From NCBI GenBank assembly GCA_021802655.1, contig JAJZRP010000001.1:24882-88881 (forward strand): a stretch of DNA of 64,000 nucleotides, given 5' to 3'. Shown here in pieces: positions 16,147-25,486 of the stretch (the stretch's first letter is position 1; each line of letters starts with the position of its first letter). The DNA is from Pseudomonadota bacterium. GTDB lineage: Bacteria; Pseudomonadota; Gammaproteobacteria; Burkholderiales; JABEVD01. The translations under genes were made by a program, and so were the position numbers. The notes under the pieces are model-generated. The model worked only from the letters and a program-made list of their open reading frames with translations. It made no database searches and was not told the DNA's origin.

Positions 16147-18866
16147 CAATGGGCCTCGTCCCAGTTTTGGCCAGAGCCGCAATCGACGGAAAGCGGAACG
16201 GAAAGGGAAGCGGCGCCGGCCATCAATTTCGGCAGGTGCTCCATCACCATTGCGAGCTCGTTTTCGGGCACTTCCAGAACCAGTTCGTCGTGAACCTGCA
16301 TGATCAGCCTCGAAGCGAATTTCCCTGAATCGATCCAGCCCTGCACCGCGATCATCGCAAGCTTGATGAGATCCGCCGCAGTGCCCTGCATGGGCGCGTT
16401 GATCGCCGCCCTCTCTGCGGCGGCGCGCCTCATCCCGTTCGAGGATTTGATCTCGGGAAGCCAGAGCCTTCTGCCGAAAACCGTCTCGACATAGCCTTTT
16501 GTTTTCGCCTCCTCCCGCGTCCTCTTCATGTAGTCGGCCACCCCCGGATACCTCGAAAAATACCGGTCGATATAGATCTGGGCGGAAGCTCTGTCCACCC
16601 CGAGCTGGGAGGCGAGGCCGAAAACGGACATCCCGTAGATCAGGCCGAAATTGATGACCTTTGCATAGCGGCGCTGCTCGGAGGAAACTTCGGAAGGGGG
16701 AACGCCGAAAATCTCGGATGCGGTCGTCCTGTGGATGTCCTCCCCCCTGGAGAAGGCGCCGAGCAATCCTTCGTCCTTCGAGATATGCGCCATGATCCTG
16801 AGTTCGATCTGGGAATAGTCGGACGAGACGAGGCGGCAGCCTTGCGGCGCGATGATGGCCTCCCTGATCCTTCTTCCCTCTTCCGTCCTGGCGGGAATGT
16901 TCTGCAGATTCGGGGAAAGGCTGGAAAGCCTGCCCGTCACCGCCACTGTCTGGGCGTAGGTGGTATGCACTCTCCCCGTCCTCAAATTGACCATTTTCGG
17001 CAGCTTGTCGGTATAGGTGGACTTGAGCTTGGCGAGCCCCCGGTATTCGAGCAGTATCTTGGGAAGCGGATAGTCGAGGGCGAGCTCTTCGAGCACTTCC
17101 TCGTCCGTGGAAGGGGCTCCGGTCTGGGTCTTCTTGAGAACGGGGAGCTTCAGGATATCGAAGAGGATTTCCTGGATCTGCTTCGGAGAATTGAGGTTGA
17201 AAGGCTGGCCCGCGATCTCGTAGGCCCGCCTCTCCAGATCCAGCAATTTTTCCCCGAGCTCCCTGCTCTGCCCGGAGAGCATCCCGGAATCGAGCAGGAT
17301 GCCGCGCCGCTCCATCCCGAAAAGGATTTCGAGGACGGGCATCTCGATTTCCGAATAGATATGCAGGAGCTTCGGGTTCTCTTCGATCAGCGGAAAAAGG
17401 ACCTGATGCAGGTGCAGCATCAGATCCGCAGCCTCCGAGGCATGAGCCGCAGCAAGATCGAGATCGACCTGGTCGAATCCAATTTTCCCCACGCCCTTGC
17501 CGACGATTGCCTCTCTCGGTTTCCTCTTCACATCGAGATGCCGCTGCGCCATGCCGTCCAGATCGTGCGGCCTGTGACTCTCAAGGACGTAGGATTCGAG
17601 CTCGATGTCGTGAAGCATGCCGGACAGGGCAATGTCGTGGTTGGCAAATACATGCTTCATGTATTTGACGTCACATCCGCCCTTCTTGGCCTCTTTCGAC
17701 TCCAGCCAGCCTTTCAGTTTTCCCAGCGCTAGCTGCAAGTCGACCTGGCTCGGCGCGCACGGGTAGGTATGCTTCAACGGAAGATAGGCTGCATCCCCTT
17801 CCTTGATGCAAAAGGAAATCCCCACGAGCCCGGCCTCCATCGGCTCAGGGCTTGTCGTCTCGACATGAAGGAAGGCGAGCGGTGATTTTTCGAGTTTTTC
17901 GATCCACATATCCAGATTCGATGCCTCCAGTATCGCCCCGTACCCGATCTGCTTCAAAGGGGGAGGGTCGGATTTCGAATCTTCCTGTCCGGCGGATTCC
18001 AATTCCTTCAGCCAGGTCTTGAATTCGTAACGGGTATAGAGTCCGATCAGCTTCTCTCGGTCGGCGCGCTTGTGCAGCAGATCCTCCCAGGAAAGCGCGA
18101 GATCGAGATCGCACTTGATGGTGAGCAGCTTTTTCGCCATCGGCAGCCAATCGAGCGCCTTTCTCAGGTTCTCCCCCACGACTCCGGATACCTCTGTCGC
18201 ATGCATCACGAGCTTGTCCAGATTGCCGTACTGGGAAAGCCATTTCACCGCAGTCTTGGGTCCGACCTTCTCCACTCCCGGAACATTGTCCACGGCGTCC
18301 CCGACCAGCGTGAGGTAATCGAGGATGCCTCCGGGAGGCACGCCGAATTTGTTCAATACCCCCGCCTCGTCCAGCCATTCGTTGCTCATCGTGTTGACGA
18401 GCGTCACCTGCGGATTCACGAGCTGGGCCATGTCCTTGTCGCCGGTCGAAATGACCGTCTTCATCCCGCTTTTCGAGGCTTCGGACGCGAGCGTTCCGAT
18501 CACGTCGTCCGCCTCCACCCCTTCCACGGAAATCAGCGGCCATCCCATCGCCCGGATCGCCTCGAACAGCGGCTCGATCTGGGAGGCGAGATCCTCCGGC
18601 ATGGGAGGTCGATGCGCCTTGTATTCGGGGTACCACCCGTCCCTGAACGTTTTGCCTTTGGCGTCGAAGACGCAGGCGCTATAATCTGCCTTGACGTCCT
18701 TGTGCAGGCGGCGCAGCATGTTGAGGACGCCGTAGAGCGCGCCGGTCGGTTCGTTGTCGCGGTTGCGCAAATCGGGAAGCGCATGGAATGCACGGTAAAG
18801 GTAGGAAGATCCGTCGACGAGCAACAGCGTTTTCCCGGATTTCGATTTGTCTGTATTGATTACCAT
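16146..18866 (-). CDS. polA: DNA polymerase I
   Basis: 906 aa. 5' nuclease N-terminus (KTLLLVDGSSYLYRAFHALP), 3'-5' exonuclease domain, polymerase motifs (DYSQIELRIMAH, RRYAKVINFGLIYGMS, QVHDELVLEV). Confidence 0.97.
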   Translation of the reverse strand: MVINTDKSKSGKTLLLVDGSSYLYRAFHALPDLRNRDNEPTGALYGVLNMLRRLHKDVKADYSACVFDAKGKTFRDGWYPEYKAHRPPMPEDLASQIEPLFEAIRAMGWPLISVEGVEADDVIGTLASEASKSGMKTVISTGDKDMAQLVNPQVTLVNTMSNEWLDEAGVLNKFGVPPGGILDYLTLVGDAVDNVPGVEKVGPKTAVKWLSQYGNLDKLVMHATEVSGVVGENLRKALDWLPMAKKLLTIKCDLDLALSWEDLLHKRADREKLIGLYTRYEFKTWLKELESAGQEDSKSDPPPLKQIGYGAILEASNLDMWIEKLEKSPLAFLHVETTSPEPMEAGLVGISFCIKEGDAAYLPLKHTYPCAPSQVDLQLALGKLKGWLESKEAKKGGCDVKYMKHVFANHDIALSGMLHDIELESYVLESHRPHDLDGMAQRHLDVKRKPREAIVGKGVGKIGFDQVDLDLAAAHASEAADLMLHLHQVLFPLIEENPKLLHIYSEIEMPVLEILFGMERRGILLDSGMLSGQSRELGEKLLDLERRAYEIAGQPFNLNSPKQIQEILFDILKLPVLKKTQTGAPSTDEEVLEELALDYPLPKILLEYRGLAKLKSTYTDKLPKMVNLRTGRVHTTYAQTVAVTGRLSSLSPNLQNIPARTEEGRRIREAIIAPQGCRLVSSDYSQIELRIMAHISKDEGLLGAFSRGEDIHRTTASEIFGVPPSEVSSEQRRYAKVINFGLIYGMSVFGLASQLGVDRASAQIYIDRYFSRYPGVADYMKRTREEAKTKGYVETVFGRRLWLPEIKSSNGMRRAAAERAAINAPMQGTAADLIKLAMIAVQGWIDSGKFASRLIMQVHDELVLEVPENELAMVMEHLPKLMAGAASLSVPLSVDCGSGQNWDEAH

Positions 18867-18881
18867 CGCGAGGGGTCATCC

Positions 18882-19598
18882 ATGAACAATAAAATTCTCC
18901 GCCCTGCGGAAAAGTCTGAGAAACCCTGGTCGGCGCGCGAATCCTGGCGCATCTTCGGCATTATGTCAGAATTTTTCGAGGCAACCGAGCGCCTCAACGC
19001 CATCCATCCCGCAGTCAGCATATTCGGCAGCGCGAGAACGAGTCCTGAGCACGAGCATTACAAGCTTACAGAAAAAATCGCGAGACTGCTTTCCGATGCG
19101 GGCTTTGCGGTCATTTCGGGCGGCGGGCCGGGCATCATGGAAGCAGCGAACAAGGGCGCCTATTTCGGACCTTCCGCCAGCATCGGACTCAATATCCAGC
19201 TGATCCACGAGCAGCACAGCAACAAGTACCAGGATATCAGCCAGACCTTCAGGCATTTTTTCGCACGCAAGGTCATGTTCGTCAAGTTCGCATCCGCCTA
19301 TGTCGTCATGCCCGGAGGCTTCGGAACGCTCGACGAACTCATGGAAGCGCTCACCCTGGTGCAAACCGGAAAAACCCGGAAGATCCCGATCATTCTGGTT
19401 CATTCCCCTTTCTGGAAAGGATTGCTCGACTGGATCAGGGAAGTATTGGTGAAGGAGAAAATGATCAGTCCGGAAGATATCAACCTGATCCAGGTGATCG
19501 ACGAGCCCGAGGCAGTCGTGGATGCGATATTCAGGCATTACGAAACGCGCGGATTCGCACCTTCTGAAGCTGAGCACGAAATCCAGCTCAATCTTTGA
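18882..19598 (+). CDS. LOG-family / TIGR00730 Rossmann-fold nucleotide-binding protein (cytokinin riboside 5'-monophosphate phosphoribohydrolase-like)
   Basis: ATG 18882 follows GAGGGG. VSIFGSART, ISGGGPGIMEAANKGA, and the MPGGFGTLDELMEAL (PGGxGTxxE) motif. The start codon is only 15 bp from the divergent polA start. Confidence 0.88.
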   Translation: MNNKILRPAEKSEKPWSARESWRIFGIMSEFFEATERLNAIHPAVSIFGSARTSPEHEHYKLTEKIARLLSDAGFAVISGGGPGIMEAANKGAYFGPSASIGLNIQLIHEQHSNKYQDISQTFRHFFARKVMFVKFASAYVVMPGGFGTLDELMEALTLVQTGKTRKIPIILVHSPFWKGLLDWIREVLVKEKMISPEDINLIQVIDEPEAVVDAIFRHYETRGFAPSEAEHEIQLNL

Positions 19599-19647
19599 GC
19601 TTTTCGGATAAAATACCGGTTTATCGGCCATGAACCTGGAAAATATC

Positions 19648-19974
19648 ATGCGTTATGCAATCCTTGCACTGTTCTGCCTTCTCTCATCGCAGGCCTTCGC
19701 CGATCCCAAGGGGCTCGAACCTTTGCCCGACGTTCCGCCTCCTCCGGTAGTCAGCGGGGGAGGCCAGTCCGAGCCCGAAGTGACCATCAAGCAGAAGGGC
19801 GAAGAAAAAATCGAGGAATACCGCATCCATGGCCAGCTTTACATGATCAAGGTTACGCCGAAACATGGCGTGCCCTATTATCTGGTCGACCCCAAGGGAG
19901 ACGGCAAGTTCGTCCGCCGCGGTCAGATCGATCCAGGTGTCCAGCCTCCGATGTGGGTCATCCACCGCTTCTGA
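19648..19974 (+). CDS. secreted DUF2782-like protein
   Basis: Signal peptide [18 protein letters not shown], then PPPP...[37 protein letters not shown]. The same polA / DUF2782 / thrB neighbourhood occurs in Pseudomonas. ATG 19630 is an alternative start. Confidence 0.6.
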   Translation: MRYAILALFCLLSSQAFADPKGLEPLPDVPPPPVVSGGGQSEPEVTIKQKGEEKIEEYRIHGQLYMIKVTPKHGVPYYLVDPKGDGKFVRRGQIDPGVQPPMWVIHRF

Positions 19975-19975
19975 C

Positions 19976-20917
19976 ATGTCCGTTTTCACGACTGTCACGC
20001 CCGATCAGCTCTCGATCTGGCTGGAAAACTACGATCTGGGGGATCTCGTCGACCTGCAGGGCATCGCCTCTGGAATCGAAAACACCAACTATTTCGTCAC
20101 GACGGAAAAGGGTAAATTCGTCCTCACCCTTTTCGAGAAGCTGACCCTGAAGGAACTGCCTTTCTATCTCGACTTGATGGCGCATCTCGCCAGCCACGGC
20201 ATCCCCTGCCCGAATCCGATACCCGACCACCGGCACCGGCTGATCGGATCATTGAACGGAAAGCCTGCGAGCATCGTCACCCGCCTGAAAGGGCATTCCG
20301 TGGAGCACCCCGGCGTCAATCATTGCCGGGACATCGGGGCGATGCTCGCGAAAATGCATCTCGAAGGAAAAAGCTACCCGGCAAAGATGGAAAACCCCAG
20401 GGGAGCAGGATGGTGGGAAGCGGCATTGCCCGAGATCCTGCCGCACACCAGTCCCGAGGAAGGGCATCTGCTTGAAGAAGAAATCAAATTCCAGTCGAAG
20501 TGCGATTTCGGCAACCTTCCGGGAGGCGTGATCCATGCCGATCTCTTCAGGGACAATGTGCTGTTCGAAGGGGATGAAATCGGCGGACTCATCGATTTCT
20601 ATTTCGCCTGCAACGACAGGCTGCTTCTCGACATCGCCATCACGGCGAACGACTGGTGCATCTCCCCGTCCTGCAACCTCGACGAAACCAGAACGCTCGC
20701 GCTGCTATCAGCCTACCATGAAATACGCCCGCTCACGCAAGGCGAGCGACTCGCATGGCCAATCATGCTGCGCACCGCATCCCTGCGCTTCTGGGTCTCC
20801 AGGCTCTACGACTATTACCTGCCGAGGGTCGGGGAGCTCACCCACGCCAAGGACCCGGACCATTTCAGGTCCATCCTGGAAGGGCATATCGCCAACCCGG
20901 ACCCTGTCTGGATCTAG
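19976..20917 (+). CDS. thrB: homoserine kinase, type II (APH-fold ThrB)
   Basis: [65 protein letters not shown]. 313 aa. Confidence 0.88.
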   Translation: MSVFTTVTPDQLSIWLENYDLGDLVDLQGIASGIENTNYFVTTEKGKFVLTLFEKLTLKELPFYLDLMAHLASHGIPCPNPIPDHRHRLIGSLNGKPASIVTRLKGHSVEHPGVNHCRDIGAMLAKMHLEGKSYPAKMENPRGAGWWEAALPEILPHTSPEEGHLLEEEIKFQSKCDFGNLPGGVIHADLFRDNVLFEGDEIGGLIDFYFACNDRLLLDIAITANDWCISPSCNLDETRTLALLSAYHEIRPLTQGERLAWPIMLRTASLRFWVSRLYDYYLPRVGELTHAKDPDHFRSILEGHIANPDPVWI

Positions 20918-21721
20918 CTAGAAGGTTACCGTCTCTCCGACTTTCATCACCTTGAGCTTCGCGCTCGAATGGCTTTTCTTCAGCGCATCGGCAAGGGCTT
21001 CCGGCGTTCCGGTGAGAACAGGGAAAGTGCCGTAGTGCATGGGAACGACCCATTTCGGCCTCACCAGCTTCACGGCCATCGCGGCCCGGTCGGGACCCAT
21101 GGTGAAATGGTCCCCGATGCAGGCCAGCATCACGTCGACCTTGTGGAACTGCGGAATCAGGGACATGCCCGGGAATACGTCCGTATCGCCGGTATGATAG
21201 ATCGCCGGGCCATGTTTCACCGTGATCAGGAATCCGCCCGGATTGCCGCCCATGTGGATGTCCTTGCCGTCAGCCGACATCACCGACGAACTGTGCACTG
21301 CAGGTATGAATGCGATTTTCACTTCGCCGTTCAGCACCGTGATTTCGCCCCCGGAATTGCCCAGCGTGTCGAATCCTGCCTGATCCTTGGGGAAGCCCGC
21401 ATATTTGACGAGGGCAGTCCCCAGATCGAAGCTCGAAACCAGCTTGGCCCCGGTCTTCTTGGCGATCTCCACCGCATCCCCGACATGATCGAAATGCCCG
21501 TGGGTGATCAGGATCAGATCGACCTTGCCGATCTTCTCCAGATCTTCCTTGCCCGACTTGTTGGCGGGGTTGGTGATCCAGGGATCGATGAGCAGAACCT
21601 TGCCTTCCGGGGTTTTCAGCTTGAATGCGGCATGGCCGTACCAGGTCAGTTCCGTGCCGGCGAATCCGGTTGCGGGAAGCAGCAGGACGAACAGTATCGC
21701 GAACAGTCTGATCAGGGGCAT
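20918..21721 (-). CDS. secreted metallo-beta-lactamase-fold hydrolase
   Basis: Signal peptide MPLIRLFAILFVLLLPATGFA. LILITHGHFDHVGD (HxHxDH) motif. GAGGAG precedes the ATG. Confidence 0.8.
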   Translation of the reverse strand: MPLIRLFAILFVLLLPATGFAGTELTWYGHAAFKLKTPEGKVLLIDPWITNPANKSGKEDLEKIGKVDLILITHGHFDHVGDAVEIAKKTGAKLVSSFDLGTALVKYAGFPKDQAGFDTLGNSGGEITVLNGEVKIAFIPAVHSSSVMSADGKDIHMGGNPGGFLITVKHGPAIYHTGDTDVFPGMSLIPQFHKVDVMLACIGDHFTMGPDRAAMAVKLVRPKWVVPMHYGTFPVLTGTPEALADALKKSHSSAKLKVMKVGETVTF

Positions 21722-21763
21722 GTCGTCTCCTCGGGGTTGTTTTTTCGGAAAGTATAGCTCAAA

Positions 21764-22177
21764 TCACTGCGCCTCGATCTTTCTTCTCGAGGCCTTGATC
21801 CCGCTGCGCCGCTCCTTGCTCTCCAGGCGTCTTTTTTGGGAAGCCTTGGTGGGACGAGTGGGCTTCCTGACTTTGGACGGCGCAGCCGCGCGAAGGATCA
21901 ATTCGCGGAGCCGATCGAGCGCATCCTCGCGGTTCTTGTCCTGGCTGCGGTAGCGCTGGGCCTTGATGACGATCACGCCATCCAGCGTGATGCGCCGATC
22001 CTTCAGTTCGAGCAGCCTCGACTTCAATTCATCGGGCAAGGAAGAGGAGGCTACGGGAAAGCGCAGGTGCACCGCGGAGGAGACCTTGTTGACGTTCTGC
22101 CCGCCAGCACCCTGGGCGCGCACGGCGCTGATCTCGATCTCCTCGATCGGGATGGACAGGGTTTTGGAAATCCTCAT
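21764..22177 (-). CDS. arfB: alternative ribosome-rescue factor ArfB (peptidyl-tRNA hydrolase, YaeJ family)
   Basis: ATG 22177 overlaps the mutM TGA (ATGA). GGQ motif ([21 protein letters not shown]) and a basic C-terminal tail. 137 aa. Confidence 0.88.
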   Translation of the reverse strand: MRISKTLSIPIEEIEISAVRAQGAGGQNVNKVSSAVHLRFPVASSSLPDELKSRLLELKDRRITLDGVIVIKAQRYRSQDKNREDALDRLRELILRAAAPSKVRKPTRPTKASQKRRLESKERRSGIKASRRKIEAQ

Positions 22178-22989
22178 TTCTGGCATTTCGGGCAATAAAA
22201 GCTCGAGCGCTGTCCCTGCTTCACCTGCCTGATCGGGCAGGAACACTTGAGGCAGGGCTCTCCGGTTCTGCCGTATACGAAATAATTCTGCTGGAAATAG
22301 CCCGGGTTTCCCGAAGAATCGACGAAATCACGCAGGCTGCTCCCCCCTGCGATTATGGCCTCCCTCAGGGTCGCCCCGATTTCTTCGGCAAGCTTCGTGT
22401 AGCCGTGCACCTCTATCTTTCCCGCGGGTTTGAGCGGACTGATCCCGCTCCTGAAGAGCGATTCGTTCGCATAAATGTTCCCCACGCCGACGACGACATG
22501 ATTGTCCATCAGAAACTGCTTCACGCTGACGCTTCTCCTTCTGGAAAGGCCATAAAGCGTTTTTCCCGAAAAAGCGGGGTCGAAAGGTTCGATGCCGAGA
22601 TTCCTGAGAAGCGGATGGCTCGGGATATCGCCTGTTTCCCAAAGCACTGCGCCGAAACGCCTCGGGTCGTGCAGGCGGACCCGGCTTCCGTCGGAAAAAA
22701 CCAGGTCGAAATGGTCGTGCTTGCGGGGCTTGATATCGGCATCGAGATACCGCAGGCTGCCGGACATGCCCAGATGCAGGATCAGCGTGCCCCTGCCGCA
22801 GTCGAGAAGCAGGTACTTGGCACGCCTCGAAATGTCCTTCAGGGTGGCGCCGGCAATCTCTCCCGCCAGATTTTCCGGAATGGGCCAGCGCAGGCGGGGA
22901 TTCCTGATCACGACCCCTTCTATCTTTTTCCCGCTCACATGGGGTTCCAGCCCCCTTCTCGTCGTTTCGACTTCAGGGAGTTCCGGCAT
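22174..22989 (-). CDS. mutM: formamidopyrimidine-DNA glycosylase
   Basis: [14 protein letters not shown]-terminus with catalytic Pro2, an H2TH region, and a C-terminal zinc finger [10 protein letters not shown]...FYCPKCQ. Confidence 0.95.
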   Translation of the reverse strand: MPELPEVETTRRGLEPHVSGKKIEGVVIRNPRLRWPIPENLAGEIAGATLKDISRRAKYLLLDCGRGTLILHLGMSGSLRYLDADIKPRKHDHFDLVFSDGSRVRLHDPRRFGAVLWETGDIPSHPLLRNLGIEPFDPAFSGKTLYGLSRRRSVSVKQFLMDNHVVVGVGNIYANESLFRSGISPLKPAGKIEVHGYTKLAEEIGATLREAIIAGGSSLRDFVDSSGNPGYFQQNYFVYGRTGEPCLKCSCPIRQVKQGQRSSFYCPKCQK

Positions 22990-23443
22990 GATCCGCCTCC
23001 ATTTCGGCCAGGGAAGGAATCAGGGCATATTTTGCCGAGACCAGATAAATATCTTTCCCCTTCCTCACATACTGCTGCCCGGTGACGGGGTTCAGCATGC
23101 CGAAGTCGAATTCCTCGGAATCGATAACGAGCTTCAGCACGGGCTTGTCGAGACCGAAACGGGAAATGTCCGCGGCAATCAGCTTCTGGTCGGATTTGGC
23201 ATCGAGAATGGAGAGGATGTTTGTTACGGAGTCCTGCTTTGCCGATGCCATGACCGGGGAGACTATTTTCCACGATTCATCCTTTTTCTCGATCAGGATC
23301 GCGGGCATCCCGGTGCGCTCTATCCTGAGGCTTCTCGCCTTGCCGGGAGAAGCCTCCGAAAGCCTGATTCCGGAAAAGTCCGGTTTGAACAGCATGAAGG
23401 CGGCGAGCAAAGCGACAGCCGCCAGAAGAAGCCCGGTTCTCAT
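22973..23443 (-). CDS. DUF4340-like membrane-anchored protein associated with GldG-type ABC systems
   Basis: N-terminal TM helix ([19 protein letters not shown]). Lies directly downstream of the gldG-like gene (ATGA overlap) and overlaps the mutM start by 17 nt. The family call rests on context and memory. Confidence 0.5.
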   Translation of the reverse strand: MRTGLLLAAVALLAAFMLFKPDFSGIRLSEASPGKARSLRIERTGMPAILIEKKDESWKIVSPVMASAKQDSVTNILSILDAKSDQKLIAADISRFGLDKPVLKLVIDSEEFDFGMLNPVTGQQYVRKGKDIYLVSAKYALIPSLAEMEADHAGTP

Positions 23444-24762
23444 AGCCTGCGGCGCTTCCAGGCGATGATGGCGGCAACTGCGATGAAGAGAAGCGGCAGG
23501 CCGAAAAGCAGGCCTATCGCCATCGAACCCGCCTTCGCTTTGGAAAGCAGCATGCTGTTGTCGAGCGTGGGCCTGGGCTGCAGGGAAATCAGCTTCTCGT
23601 CGCCTGCAAGCCAGTTGGCGAGATTGACCCCGAAATCCATGTTGCCGCCGTTGCCCACGAAAGCATTGGCGAGAAACTCCCCCGTTCCGACTACGGCGAT
23701 CCGCTGATCCCTGTCCCGAACCGTGCGCTCCATCGCGAGCGCAACGGTGATCGGCCCCCTGACGTCGCGACTCTTGTCGAATTTTGGACTGCCATTCGTC
23801 GCAAGCCAGCCCGTGGGCGCCGCTTCGACGAGCGGGGTGACATGCCAGCCGTTGTCTGTGGAAGCCCCTACCTGGCGAGCGAAGGGAAACACCGTGATCA
23901 GGCTGAAATTGCGCGTGACGGGATGTTGCCCGTAGCGGGTGCCGAGCGCCCAGTTCGCAGGCGCGTTGAGCTTCAATGCAGCCGGATCGACCACGGTTCC
24001 CGGCGTCAACAAAAGGCCCAGCTTGTCCGCAAGCGGCTGGAGCCCGTGGAGCGGCTCGCCGGAATCGGTTTGCATATCGATCAGCCAGAGGAGACTCCCC
24101 CCGCGCTCGAGATAGGTTTTGAGCTTTTCAACCTCACCGGGGAGAAGATCGACCTGCGGGGAAGTGATCACGAGAAGATTCATGTTCTGCGGCAGATCCT
24201 GGGCGAGCGCGAGGTTCACGCTGCCGGTCTTGAAGCCGTTCTTCTGAAGACGCCTGCCGAATTCGCCCAGATCGAAATTGGCGATGCCGTCGAGCTTCCT
24301 TTCCCCGTGGCCGGAAAGCGCCATGACGAGCCTTTCCTCCTTCCTCGAAAGCCTGATCATGAGGTTGGCGACGGCCTCCTCGTTCAGGGTGGCCAGGTGC
24401 TCGCGCCTGCTTCCGTACTCGACGACCATCTCGCCGTCGACCTGGACCCCCGCCTGCTCGGCGAGCTTGGGCTCCTCAATGGGATCGACGAAGCTGAGCG
24501 AAATGTCGGGCTTGATGCGCCGGTAGGGATCGAGAAAGCCCTTCACCACCTGCTGCACGTTCCCGAACCTGGGATCATGGGTCGAGGCATAGGAAGTGAT
24601 TTTGAGCGGCCCCTTCATTCTTTGGAGAATTTGACGCGTGGTCTCGCTCAGGCTGTGCCTGCCGTTTTGCGTCATGTCCCATTGATGGCTGTACCGGTTC
24701 GAGAGAAAACCCAGCATGAAAACCAGCGCGAGAAGCAGGATGATCTGCAGGAGTTTCTTCAT
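23440..24762 (-). CDS. GldG-like auxiliary component of an ABC-2 transporter
   Basis: 440 aa with N- and C-terminal TM anchors (LLQIILLLALVFMLGF; IGLLFGLPLLFIAVAAIIAW) and a large periplasmic domain. Positioned after ABC ATPase and ABC-2 permease genes, as in gldAFG. Confidence 0.72.
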   Translation of the reverse strand: MKKLLQIILLLALVFMLGFLSNRYSHQWDMTQNGRHSLSETTRQILQRMKGPLKITSYASTHDPRFGNVQQVVKGFLDPYRRIKPDISLSFVDPIEEPKLAEQAGVQVDGEMVVEYGSRREHLATLNEEAVANLMIRLSRKEERLVMALSGHGERKLDGIANFDLGEFGRRLQKNGFKTGSVNLALAQDLPQNMNLLVITSPQVDLLPGEVEKLKTYLERGGSLLWLIDMQTDSGEPLHGLQPLADKLGLLLTPGTVVDPAALKLNAPANWALGTRYGQHPVTRNFSLITVFPFARQVGASTDNGWHVTPLVEAAPTGWLATNGSPKFDKSRDVRGPITVALAMERTVRDRDQRIAVVGTGEFLANAFVGNGGNMDFGVNLANWLAGDEKLISLQPRPTLDNSMLLSKAKAGSMAIGLLFGLPLLFIAVAAIIAWKRRRL

Positions 24763-24763
24763 G

Positions 24764-25486
24764 TCAGCGCTTCTCCAGTTGCCATATCGAGAGCGTCAGA
24801 AAAAGGATCATGAACAGGGAAAAATAGGCGATGTCTCCGGTGTCCACCAGCCCCTGGTTGAACCGTTCGAAATGGGGAGCGGGCGAAACAGCCTGAAAGA
24901 AGCCGCCCGAACCGAAACTGACGGCCCACAACCCGAGAAGCGCTCCGATTCCGCCTATCCCCGCCAAAAAGGGATGGGGGGTCAGGCAGGAAAGGTAGAG
25001 CCCGAGGGCGGAAAAGCTCGCGGCGAGCAGAACGAGCCCCAGTGTATTGGCGAAGAGCAGGCCGAAATCGAGCTTCCCTCCGAGAAGCAGGGAGAACGCC
25101 ATCAAAAGCACGAGCATGATCGCGGCGCCGAGGAAAGCCATCAGGCCGAGAAATTTGCCGAGTATGATCCTGGCCGGGGAAATCGGCGCCGAAAGCAGCA
25201 GGGTGAGGGTCTGGTTGCGGGCTTCGTCGGCAATGAGGCGCATCGTGAGAAGCGGTATGATCATCAGGAAAATCATCGAGGCGGCGGAGAAAAGCGGGGC
25301 GGCTATCCATTCCGTGACGCCAGGCGGATTCAAAATGTTCTGCAATTTCGCCTGGACCCCGAGGAAAGCATCCAGCCTTGCCAGAAATATCCAGGCGAGG
25401 ATGGCCTGGAAGATCGCCAGAACGATCCAGGCCAGGGGAGAGGCGAAAAACGCCCTGATTTCCCTGGTGGCGACCAGGCGAATCAA
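24764..25486 (-). CDS. ABC-2 type transporter permease (GldF-like)
   Basis: TTG start overlaps the ATPase TGA (TTGA). ATREIRAFFASPLAWIVLAIFQAILAWIF, about 6 TM helices, 240 aa. Confidence 0.8.
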   Translation of the reverse strand: MIRLVATREIRAFFASPLAWIVLAIFQAILAWIFLARLDAFLGVQAKLQNILNPPGVTEWIAAPLFSAASMIFLMIIPLLTMRLIADEARNQTLTLLLSAPISPARIILGKFLGLMAFLGAAIMLVLLMAFSLLLGGKLDFGLLFANTLGLVLLAASFSALGLYLSCLTPHPFLAGIGGIGALLGLWAVSFGSGGFFQAVSPAPHFERFNQGLVDTGDIAYFSLFMILFLTLSIWQLEKR

